From Gammaproteobacteria bacterium (GTDB lineage: Bacteria > Pseudomonadota > Gammaproteobacteria > JBGSLN01): a stretch of 36,419 bases of DNA. The notes under the pieces were generated by a model. That model saw only the letters and a program-made list of their open reading frames with translations. It was not told where the DNA came from and did no database searches. Positions 26,558-34,676 of the stretch are shown piece by piece. How positions within the stretch are numbered: position 1 is the first letter of the stretch; each line of letters opens with the position of its first letter. Made by a program: the position numbers and the translations under genes. Location: contig JBGSLN010000132.1 of assembly GCA_041740675.1 (NCBI GenBank), positions 1-36,419 on the forward strand, given 5' to 3'.

Positions 26558-27565
26558 ATGATCATGAAATTAATTGCAAAGGTCGTTATTTGCATGTTAC
26601 TAATTTTTTCAGCAAATGCATATGCTCAACCTACGATGAGTTGGAATAGTTGGGTGCAGCAATTGCGACAAGAAGCATTAGCACAAGGAATCAGACCTGC
26701 TTTGTTTGATCAAATATTTACCGGTATGAAACCCAATACGAGGGTTTTGCATTTCGATCGCACCCAACCTGAAAAACGTATTACTTTTGATCAATATCGC
26801 AAAACTAGAATTGATCCTTATCGTATAAAATTAGGGGTGAATGCCTATAAAAAATATCAACAAGTATTAGATAAAATTGGTCAACAATATGGTGTAAATC
26901 CATGTTTTATTCTTGCTTTTTGGGGCATTGAATCAAGTTATGGTCATTTTAAAGGTGATTTTCCAGTCATCCAATCACTAGCCACTTTGGCTTATAATAG
27001 TCCACGCAGTGATTTTTTTCGAAGTCAGTTATTTGTGGCGTTGGAAATCTTAAATGAAGGACATGTAAGTCTAGCGGATTTCAAAGGTGAATGGGCAGGG
27101 GCTTCAGGAAATCCACAATTTTTGCCTACCAGTTGGAAAAAATTTGCAGTTGATTATGATGGGGATGGTCATAAAGATATTTGGAATTCATATCCTGACA
27201 CATTTGCTTCAATTGCAAACTATATGAAGAGTAATGGTTGGAAACAAGGGCAGCCCTGGGCTATTCAAGTCGATTTACCAAAGAATTTTCCAATTGATTT
27301 AAATTCATTAAAAATACAAAAGACTGTAACAGAATGGTTAAACATGGGAGTAAAACCTGCGTATGGGTTTCAACTTCCAAACAATCACAACTTACAAGCA
27401 TCAATTGTGCAGCCTTATGGCGGTCCAGCTTTTATGGCTTTTAATAACTACCGAATGATTATGCGATATAATAATTCGATCTTTTATGCTGGTGCAGTTG
27501 GATATTTAGCAGATAGTATTTGTAAAGGTGCAAATAAAAAAGATGCTGTATTTGGCGACAGATAA
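26558..27565 (+). CDS. Lytic murein transglycosylase (MltB/SLT_2 family)
   Basis: A signal peptide is present. The catalytic segment is AFWGIESSYG, and GEWAGASGNPQFLP and YNNSIFYAGAVGYLAD motifs are typical of MltB-like enzymes. The start could be 26540, 26558 or 26564. Confidence 0.85.
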   Translation: MIMKLIAKVVICMLLIFSANAYAQPTMSWNSWVQQLRQEALAQGIRPALFDQIFTGMKPNTRVLHFDRTQPEKRITFDQYRKTRIDPYRIKLGVNAYKKYQQVLDKIGQQYGVNPCFILAFWGIESSYGHFKGDFPVIQSLATLAYNSPRSDFFRSQLFVALEILNEGHVSLADFKGEWAGASGNPQFLPTSWKKFAVDYDGDGHKDIWNSYPDTFASIANYMKSNGWKQGQPWAIQVDLPKNFPIDLNSLKIQKTVTEWLNMGVKPAYGFQLPNNHNLQASIVQPYGGPAFMAFNNYRMIMRYNNSIFYAGAVGYLADSICKGANKKDAVFGDR

Positions 27566-27568
27566 ACA

Positions 27569-28429
27569 TTAATGCAAGAAATTCAAATACACACCGAAAA
27601 AGATGAAAAACCAAGACCAATGATTATTAGTAAAAGCAGCTAAACATTGGTCTGGTTTACGTTCGATGAGCATCCATTGTTGATAAACAAAACTTAATAA
27701 GACTACAAAAATGCTTGCATAATACCAACTATTTGCATTAATCAATAAACCCAAAATAATTAAAGTAATTAACACAACAACTTGTAAAAATGCAATGATC
27801 AATCGATCATGCTTACCAAACCATATTGCCGATGAATTTAAACCTAATTTTAAATCATCTTCGCGATCGCCTATTGCATACATTGTGTCATAAGCAATAG
27901 TCCATATGACAGCAATAAAAAATAACAGCCATCCAGTAAAAGAAATGTAATTATTGCTTGCTGCAAAGGCCATTAGAATACCAAGATTAAAAACTAAACC
28001 TAAAATACCTTGAGGTAAAGAAAAAAATCGTTTTGTGAAAGGGTAAATTACTGTTAGTAAGATACCAATGCAAGCCAGTACTAATGAATAGATATTCAGC
28101 ATTAAAACTAATACTAATGAGATTAACAATAGTATTATTAATAACAACATGGCTTCCCAAATTTTAATTGTTCCGGCCGTTAATGGTCGTGTTTGAGTTC
28201 GTGCCACATGTTTATCAAACTGGATGTCAATAATATCATTCACAATGCAACCCGCTGCACGCATAACAAAAACTCCAACAACAAAAATAAATATTAACTT
28301 CGCAGGTGGGTGTCCATTAGTTGCTATTAGCAATGCGGCAAGCACTGGCCACAGTATTAGTAATGTTCCAATGGGTCGGTGCCAACGGATCAGTAAGCTA
28401 TATTGATGTAAGCGTTCATGGATAGTCAT
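27569..28429 (-). CDS. ubiA: 4-hydroxybenzoate polyprenyltransferase
   Basis: It has the N-terminus LIRWHRPIGTLL and the Asp-rich motifs NDIIDIQFDKHVARTQTRPL and YDTMYAIGDREDD. I moved the start to the ATG at 28429 (MTIHERL) from the ORF-track 28483. Confidence 0.9.
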   Translation of the reverse strand: MTIHERLHQYSLLIRWHRPIGTLLILWPVLAALLIATNGHPPAKLIFIFVVGVFVMRAAGCIVNDIIDIQFDKHVARTQTRPLTAGTIKIWEAMLLLIILLLISLVLVLMLNIYSLVLACIGILLTVIYPFTKRFFSLPQGILGLVFNLGILMAFAASNNYISFTGWLLFFIAVIWTIAYDTMYAIGDREDDLKLGLNSSAIWFGKHDRLIIAFLQVVVLITLIILGLLINANSWYYASIFVVLLSFVYQQWMLIERKPDQCLAAFTNNHWSWFFIFFGVYLNFLH

Positions 28430-28528
28430 ATTGTTCTTGCAAGTCCTATAGGAAATACTAAAGATTATAAGTGACAAAAACAAAACTGCAATGTATTTAA
28501 AAACTTAGTAAGTAACCTTAAACAAGAG

Positions 28529-29761
28529 CTATTTTGTTGAACGCATATATAAAATAATTGCAGCTGCTAAAGCAACAAATCCTAAAATAATTAAGGGTAA
28601 TTTAATTACTAAAGCTGCTAGCATACCGCCGATTAAACCAGAGAGTGCTTCAGCACCTACGTTCAATGCTTGATTATTACCCATTACGCGTCCTTGTTCA
28701 TTTTCATTTGCTGACATAGATAATAAGCTTGCACAAGCAGGTAAACATAATGCCAATGCCAGCGAAGCAAGAAATAAAGTTATCCATAGCGCATTTTCAT
28801 TGGGTGGGAGCAGAATAATCCACATGAAAATACCTGTTAAAATGGCACTCACGAAAGTTATTTGTTTAGGAGTGAAATAGTTTGAAATAAAACCCGTTAA
28901 CCATAAATTAGCTAATATTATAGGCACTGCAACCCAAGCAATATATTCAGATAATGTAGAAACATTCATATGAAATTGAGTAACTAGATACATAGGAAAA
29001 CAACGGAAAAAACCAAAAATGGCGAGGTATAATAAAAAATTTACTAAATAAAGCGAACGAATTTTATTTTTGGTAAATAATCCTGTTAGGTTAGTAAATG
29101 CTTTTAAATAAGAAATAGTTTGAATAGATTGTGTTTTAGTTTCTTTAAAAACAATAAACATACCAATCGTTGCCAATGCCAATAAAATCACAATGCACCA
29201 AAAAGGCGTTGTTTCATTAAACCAACTAACTAAACTAGGGTCGGCCAGTTTGCCACCAATAAGTGGGCCAAGAATATAAGCCAATGAAGCACTTAAATAA
29301 ATATAACCAAATAAACGATTGCGGTCGTGAGGTGTTGATACATCAGCGATTGCACTTTGCGCAATAACAATATTAGCTTCCATCAGTCCGCTGATAATTA
29401 AACTGATCATCAAAAGACTTAAGTTTTGCATAGTGAGTGAAATAGCTATAAAAATATAACCTAACATACAAATACCGAGCGAAATTAATAACACAGGTTT
29501 GCGTCCAAATCGATCGGAGAATGCACCCATTATGGGGGAACCAAAAAATTGTCCTAGTGGATATAAAGCTAGAACTATACCTAATAATATAGTTCTATGT
29601 GCCATAGGGGCATGTGCTGCTAAGAATTTGGTTTCGCCCTGTAAAAATAGTGGTGTAAAAACAGTTATCATTAAACTGTAACCGACAAAACCGATAAATA
29701 TGACTAAGTAGAGCGGTAATAGGCGTAATAAATAATGCGTACCATTAATTTTACTATTCAT
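28529..29761 (-). CDS. MFS transporter (TCR/Tet-like drug:H+ antiporter type)
   Basis: It is a 12-TM MFS protein. Motif A, GAFSDRFGRKPVLL, lies after TM2. It is divergent from the LysR-type regulator gene. Confidence 0.85.
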   Translation of the reverse strand: MNSKINGTHYLLRLLPLYLVIFIGFVGYSLMITVFTPLFLQGETKFLAAHAPMAHRTILLGIVLALYPLGQFFGSPIMGAFSDRFGRKPVLLISLGICMLGYIFIAISLTMQNLSLLMISLIISGLMEANIVIAQSAIADVSTPHDRNRLFGYIYLSASLAYILGPLIGGKLADPSLVSWFNETTPFWCIVILLALATIGMFIVFKETKTQSIQTISYLKAFTNLTGLFTKNKIRSLYLVNFLLYLAIFGFFRCFPMYLVTQFHMNVSTLSEYIAWVAVPIILANLWLTGFISNYFTPKQITFVSAILTGIFMWIILLPPNENALWITLFLASLALALCLPACASLLSMSANENEQGRVMGNNQALNVGAEALSGLIGGMLAALVIKLPLIILGFVALAAAIILYMRSTK

Positions 29762-29789
29762 TAAAAAATCTCTTGTTATGATCAGTCTT

Positions 29790-29810
29790 TCAATCTATTT
29801 GTGCAATTGA
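29790..29810. promoter_or_regulatory. Candidate LysR-type T-N11-A box
   Basis: TCAAT-N11-ATTGA is a perfect 5-bp inverted repeat with an 11-nt spacer. It lies in the divergent MFS/LysR intergenic region. This is pattern match only. Confidence 0.3.
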
Positions 29811-30007
29811 TAAGTAAGCTTTTTGCTTTCATCTATTTTATGTTAAAATTTACACATTTAATAACTATTATTCACAAAGTTTTACAAGAACTAGAATTTC
29901 TTTGGTTTAAGATAATCAGGACTTAAAAAACCCTCAGCTTTTGGCTAGCTTCTTTAATATTTTTTGTTTTTAAAAGAATGATTTTAAATAATGGAGATAG
30001 AACTGCA

Positions 30008-30871
30008 ATGAATTTAATGAGCCCCCAATTGCAGGCATTTATAGCAGTGGTTGAAAAAAAAACTGTGCATGCGGCTGCTGATGTACTATGTTTGACACAA
30101 ACAGCCACCACACAAAGAATCCGTGGTCTAGAAACCCAATTGAAAACTACACTTTTTATCCGCTCAAGACGGGGAATGGAATTAACTCGAGAAGGAGAGG
30201 CGTTACTACGGTATTGTCAAGCAGTCAAAATTTTAGAAGGAGAAACAGTTGCTAACATTGTTGGATCTGGTGTGACTACTGAAGTAGAAATTAGAATTGC
30301 GGGTCCATCTAGTATTATGCGCAGTCGGATTATTCCAGCACTATTGGATTTTCCTATAAAATTTCCTAACGTCCTTTTACATTTTATTTTCAATGATGTT
30401 GAAAATTTGCAACAGCAATTAAAATCGGGGGAGTGTGATTTTGCAATTATGCCGATAACAAATGTTGCCCAAGAAATGTCTAGCAAAGCATTAAAATCTG
30501 AACGTTATAAGTTAGTGTGTTCTGCCAAGTGGCAGGGCCGTTCTCTAAAAGAAATTCTACAACAAGAACGGATTATTGATTTCAATCCTTCAGATCAAAT
30601 GACCCTGAATTATTTACAACATTTTAATTTATTACCGGCAGCACAAAAATCCCGACATTTTGTCAATAATATTGATAGTATGGCAGATCTTGTTGAAGCG
30701 GGTATAGGGTATACTACCTTAACTGAAGAGCTTGCTAGTACGCATATAAATACAAAGAAAATGATTGTTTTAAATAATAATAAAGCGTATGAATATCATC
30801 CTATCCTAGCCTGGTATCCAAGAGCTGAAATGCCGAGTTATTTTGCTGATTTAGTTAAACGGATAAAATGA
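30008..30871 (+). CDS. LysR-family transcriptional regulator
   Basis: The N-terminal wHTH is LQAFIAVVEKKTVHAAADVLCLTQTATTQRIRGLE and the C-terminal domain is a substrate-binding type. The start is ambiguous (29978, 30008 or 30017). The stop overlaps the ATG of the next ORF (ATGA). Confidence 0.85.
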   Translation: MNLMSPQLQAFIAVVEKKTVHAAADVLCLTQTATTQRIRGLETQLKTTLFIRSRRGMELTREGEALLRYCQAVKILEGETVANIVGSGVTTEVEIRIAGPSSIMRSRIIPALLDFPIKFPNVLLHFIFNDVENLQQQLKSGECDFAIMPITNVAQEMSSKALKSERYKLVCSAKWQGRSLKEILQQERIIDFNPSDQMTLNYLQHFNLLPAAQKSRHFVNNIDSMADLVEAGIGYTTLTEELASTHINTKKMIVLNNNKAYEYHPILAWYPRAEMPSYFADLVKRIK

Positions 30872-31470
30872 AAATAGATGGAGAAACAATGTTGATTGAA
30901 TCCTTAAAGAAATACGATGGCTTAATATTACATCGTCGCTTCGCGTATAATTTTTTTCGCAAAGAATGCAATGCTATTGGTGACATTATTATTTTTCGTG
31001 GGGAGATGGAAGTATTAAACGATGGTATGATCGATCAAGAAGATGCAATTAATAAAGAATATATTTGGAGTAAAGATGCCTTAAACATCTTGTGGGAATT
31101 GCCAATTTTAGGAAATAATTCTTTTGGCGCAGTATGTTATCAAAGATTATTTAATAGCCGAATTGCTGAATTGTTGAGCCAAGAAAACTATTTAAATCAG
31201 CCAGTTGTTATTAATGGAGACGATATTTATGTTAAATCTCCAAATAAAAAATTAAGTAAAGCTAGTGTTAGCATTACACATGTAAAGGATCATGCTGCAT
31301 TAGGACATACAGGTATTAATATTGATGCGGGTAGTCAGGCACCTGAAATTGCTTTTTCCACAAGACTTACCGAAAAACAAATCGGTAGTTTTGCAGAAGA
31401 TGTGATAGAATTATTTTACAAAATGAATCAAGATATTTTCATTGCAACCACTAAAATTCTGGTTAAATAG
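30868..31470 (+). CDS. Conserved hypothetical protein (possibly DUF366-like; family assignment unsure)
   Basis: The 200-aa soluble ORF is sandwiched in an operon between the LysR and amidotransferase genes. An alternative start is the ATG at 30889, with GGAGA 5 nt upstream. I can point to no catalytic motif with confidence. Confidence 0.6.
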   Translation: MKIDGETMLIESLKKYDGLILHRRFAYNFFRKECNAIGDIIIFRGEMEVLNDGMIDQEDAINKEYIWSKDALNILWELPILGNNSFGAVCYQRLFNSRIAELLSQENYLNQPVVINGDDIYVKSPNKKLSKASVSITHVKDHAALGHTGINIDAGSQAPEIAFSTRLTEKQIGSFAEDVIELFYKMNQDIFIATTKILVK

Positions 31471-31480
31471 AGGTAAAGAG

Positions 31481-32335
31481 ATGTGCCGTTTTGTTCTTTA
31501 TTCGGGAAATAAAATTTTATTGCATGATGTACTAATAAAGCCATCTAACTCATTAATTTCACAAAGTTTTAATGCGCGTGAAACGGATAAACCTTTAAAT
31601 GCAGATGGTTTTGGTTTGGGTTGGTATGATCATACAATTGACGAATTTCCAGCAGTTTTTAAATCATTACAACCTGCCTGGAGTAATCTAAATTTAGTAA
31701 GTCTTTCAGCAAAGATAAAATCTTCGAATTTTTTTGCCCATGTGCGTGCTGCAAGTGAAGGCTGTATCACAGACGTTAATTGTCATCCTTTTCAATTTGA
31801 GAAATACTTGTTTATGCATAATGGTACGGTTTATGGCTTTAAATTAATTCGCCGCTGTTTATCTGATGCATTAGATGATGACATTTATAATTGGTTAAAA
31901 GGTCAAACAGATTCAGAGCATGTTTTTGCTTTATTTATTCAAACTATGCGAGATCATCAACTAAACTCGGCAAAATTAGATGATTTCATTAACGGTTTGA
32001 AACTCACTATCGATCGATTAAGTTCTATGTTAGCAATCAAAAAAGCAGATCCTTTGATGTTTTTGAATTTAGCCATTACTGATGGTATACGTACAATTGC
32101 TTGTCGTTATATCTCTGATATTTCTAAGAAAGCAAATACGCTATATTATGCCATTGGGGATTGTTTTATATATCAACAAAATTCAGCATGTCTACACCCA
32201 GTACAGGCGAAACCAGGAGCAATATTGATTAGTTCAGAAAAGCTAACTGATTATGATTTAGAATGGAAGGATATACCCTCTAATCACTGCATTGCTATTA
32301 ATGAAGATTTTTCTCTCAAAATGCAACAAATCTAG
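31481..32335 (+). CDS. Class II (Ntn-type) glutamine amidotransferase-like hydrolase (YafJ/EgtC-like)
   Basis: Starting at the ATG at 31481 (GAGG upstream) gives the N-terminus MCRFVLYSG, with Cys2 as the Ntn nucleophile. NADGFGLGWYD, HVRAAS, NCHPF and MHNGTV motifs are present. Confidence 0.85.
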   Translation: MCRFVLYSGNKILLHDVLIKPSNSLISQSFNARETDKPLNADGFGLGWYDHTIDEFPAVFKSLQPAWSNLNLVSLSAKIKSSNFFAHVRAASEGCITDVNCHPFQFEKYLFMHNGTVYGFKLIRRCLSDALDDDIYNWLKGQTDSEHVFALFIQTMRDHQLNSAKLDDFINGLKLTIDRLSSMLAIKKADPLMFLNLAITDGIRTIACRYISDISKKANTLYYAIGDCFIYQQNSACLHPVQAKPGAILISSEKLTDYDLEWKDIPSNHCIAINEDFSLKMQQI

Positions 32336-32350
32336 TTATGGCTATTTTTT

Positions 32351-32372
32351 GCCCAATAATTGGGCTTTATTC
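32351..32372 (+). terminator. Possible terminator hairpin after the amidotransferase-like gene
   Basis: GCCCAAT-A-ATTGGGC is followed by TTTATTCT. The nominal loop is too small, so the effective stem is shorter. Confidence 0.4.
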
Positions 32373-32652
32373 TAATTTTGTATAAAGTGTAGAAATAGTC
32401 CTATTGAACCCTAATTACCCCCTTTGTATACTCATGCAGCTAATTTCAAGTTTATTGAACTGAAAGTGTGAGTCTTATAGTTTCTTAAAGCCTGTGAAAT
32501 TTATATAACAGTTTCAATATAAATGGTTTCCTAGCTGTTTTAGGGATAGAAAGTCGTTTTCTTGTACCAAGTCAGTCATTAGGACGCCCAAAATAGCGTC
32601 ATAGTTTGATCTAGGTATATTAAAATATAACGGATAAGGTAAGGGGCTAGCT

Positions 32653-33306
32653 TTGATCAAATTAATTTTTGTGGAACAACAGGGATTGTTTCGTGCATCA
32701 ATGAAGCATTTAATCACTTGTTATCCTGAGTTTCATTTGCTTGGCAGTTTTGAAACAGGAAAAGAATTATTAAGTACACTCGATAAACCACTTGAAGTAA
32801 CTATTATATTAAGTGCAAATATTCAAGATATGAGCTTAGTATTTTTAATAAAGAAGCTAAAAAGAGATTCATCAAGAGTGAAAATTGTGGTTCTAGCTAA
32901 TGAGCCCAATATGATTTTAGCAAGGCAATATATTCTTGCTGGGGCTGATGGTTATATTGTTAAGTCTATTACTGAAAATGAATTCATTGAAACACTTTTT
33001 AAAATTCAACAAAATAAAACGGTTTTACCCGATTCACTCGCACAACAATTAGCAAATCAAGAAATAACGGAAGAGAATTTGTCACCCTTTGAAGTATTAA
33101 GTCAACGAGAAATGGATATTTTGCTATTAATGGTTAAGGGAAAAAGTATTAAAGCAATCTCTGAAATACTACATCTAAGTCCTAAAACTATTAGCACTTA
33201 CAAAGGGCGAATATTTGAAAAATTAAATGTTAAATCCATGATGGATGTGTTTTTATTAGCTGCCGAATTTGGTCTTATAGGCACAGAAACAACTACCTAT
33301 CAATGA
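32653..33306 (+). CDS. LuxR/NarL-family regulator with a degenerate (pseudo-)receiver domain
   Basis: It has a TTG start with AAGGGG upstream. The C-terminal LuxR HTH reads LSQREMDILLLMVKGKSIKAISEILHLSPKTISTYKGRIFEKLNV. The receiver-like N-domain has EQ in place of the acidic DD pair and no Asp at the phospho-acceptor position (EVTIILSANIQ). The conserved Lys is retained (GYIVKS). Confidence 0.8.
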   Translation: MIKLIFVEQQGLFRASMKHLITCYPEFHLLGSFETGKELLSTLDKPLEVTIILSANIQDMSLVFLIKKLKRDSSRVKIVVLANEPNMILARQYILAGADGYIVKSITENEFIETLFKIQQNKTVLPDSLAQQLANQEITEENLSPFEVLSQREMDILLLMVKGKSIKAISEILHLSPKTISTYKGRIFEKLNVKSMMDVFLLAAEFGLIGTETTTYQ

Positions 33307-33818
33307 CAGCTTTGCACAGAATCCATTTGCATATTTTGTGGGATATCTCCGGCATAATGATTATTAATGCGCTTCAACACTAATAAGAATGGAGCGCCAT
33401 TCATTGCATTCTCATATTTGATTTGCAAAATTAATACATTTTTACTTACTAAAAGACCTGTTTGAGAAAATGAACCGCATTGTTTTTCATTGCCTAGAAA
33501 AATATTACTTAATTGTCCATGGTGACATTGTGCCCAAAGAGTCCCTTGCATACTTTTAGATACATAAGAAGGAGCTTTGTCATCGCTAACTTTGCCGACA
33601 ATGTTAGTACCGCTATTATAAAGAGAAATTTCTACTGGCCAAGGACCACCGTTACCAAATAAATCAGTTGGATCAGTAAAAAAGCCTCGCCAAGTGCCAG
33701 TATAACTTGTGCAGCTGGCTTGATAATACTTAGATAACTGAATTGTCTGGGTTGTGCTAGCAAAGGTAAATAATGGAAAATAACATAAACAGATTAGAAT
33801 AAATTTTTTTAGTTTCAT
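33300..33818 (-). CDS. Secreted Cys-containing hypothetical protein
   Basis: It has a signal peptide (MKLKKFILICLCYFPLFTFAS) and a beta-rich mature part with several Cys residues. Its 3' end overlaps the regulator 3' end by 7 nt. Confidence 0.6.
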   Translation of the reverse strand: MKLKKFILICLCYFPLFTFASTTQTIQLSKYYQASCTSYTGTWRGFFTDPTDLFGNGGPWPVEISLYNSGTNIVGKVSDDKAPSYVSKSMQGTLWAQCHHGQLSNIFLGNEKQCGSFSQTGLLVSKNVLILQIKYENAMNGAPFLLVLKRINNHYAGDIPQNMQMDSVQSCH

Positions 33819-34092
33819 AACAATTCCAATTAGGTGAGCATTCAGAACCCGTCAAAAAGGGTGTGTATTCAGCTTGGTATTATAGCGGTTTCATGATTAT
33901 TTGACCCTATAATTTCTTGGTTAGTAATAAAATAGTAATACAAATATTGCATACACAAGATCAAATAATTATGAAACTGCTAATCAAAAAAGTCTAATAA
34001 ATAAAATAGCAAAAGATATGATATTATTCAAGGTAAAAACTTAAGTTTTAAGTTTTGTCGCAAAAATCAGTAATTAATAAGGGGAGTATTTT

Positions 34093-34527
34093 ATGACAGA
34101 TCAATTAGAAATTCGCAACGCAACAATTAAAGATGTGTCTTTAATCTTGAGTTTTATCAAAGAACTTGCTGAATATGAAAAACTTGCACATGAGGTGGTA
34201 ACAACAGAAGCTATACTGAAAGAATCACTATTTGGTGCTAAACCCTATGCCGAAGTTATTCTAGCTTATTACTTGCAGCAACCCGTTGGATTTGCATTAT
34301 TCTTTCATAATTTTTCCACTTTTCTTGGGCGACCAGGTATTTATTTAGAAGATCTTTTTGTGAAATCAGAGATGCGTGGTAATGGGTTTGGCAAGAAAAT
34401 TTTAAGTTATTTAGCAGCATTGGCAGTTGAACGAAATTGTGGTCGGCTCGAATGGTGGGTATTAGATTGGAATACACCTGCTGGTAATTTTTATAAAAAA
34501 TTGGGTGCTATGCCGATGGATGATTGA
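34093..34527 (+). CDS. GNAT-family N-acetyltransferase, apparently C-terminally truncated by an in-frame TGA
   Basis: AAGGGGAG lies upstream of the ATG. The acetyl-CoA motif is RGNGFGKKILSYLA. The ORF stops at TGA 34525-27 in the sequence PMDD*TVFRLTGDKLRELAES, and the same frame stays open to TAA 34576-78. Confidence 0.8.
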   Translation: MTDQLEIRNATIKDVSLILSFIKELAEYEKLAHEVVTTEAILKESLFGAKPYAEVILAYYLQQPVGFALFFHNFSTFLGRPGIYLEDLFVKSEMRGNGFGKKILSYLAALAVERNCGRLEWWVLDWNTPAGNFYKKLGAMPMDD

Positions 34528-34676
34528 ACTGTATTTCGACTAACAGGCGATAAACTACGAGAACTTGCAGAGAGTTAATTATTAAATTGGGAATTAGCTT
34601 CTTTAGCAAATCTTAATAGACATTTATTTTTTTTCTCTGTATAAGTGATTAATATTTTTCTTATTAAAGTATTTTC

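Noticed and set aside
32336-32652. A possible Rsm/Csr-type small RNA or LetA/GacA box in the 317-bp spacer. It contains several A(N)GGA motifs (TAGGGATAG, TTAGGACG, ACGGATAAGG) and a TGTAGAAATAGTCCTA segment.
   Set aside because: The GGA motifs are few, and I could not show that they sit in hairpin loops. The box does not match the palindromic LetA/GacA consensus. No flanking promoter/terminator pair is evident apart from the upstream gene's hairpin. The evidence is insufficient.
34525-34527. TGA read as Trp (a genetic-code variant or programmed recoding) in the GNAT gene
   Set aside because: TGA terminates other well-supported genes in the window, for example lysR at 30869-30871 and the MscS and GCS2 stops. 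I see no SECIS-like or recoding structure. A simple nonsense mutation or sequencing error is more parsimonious.
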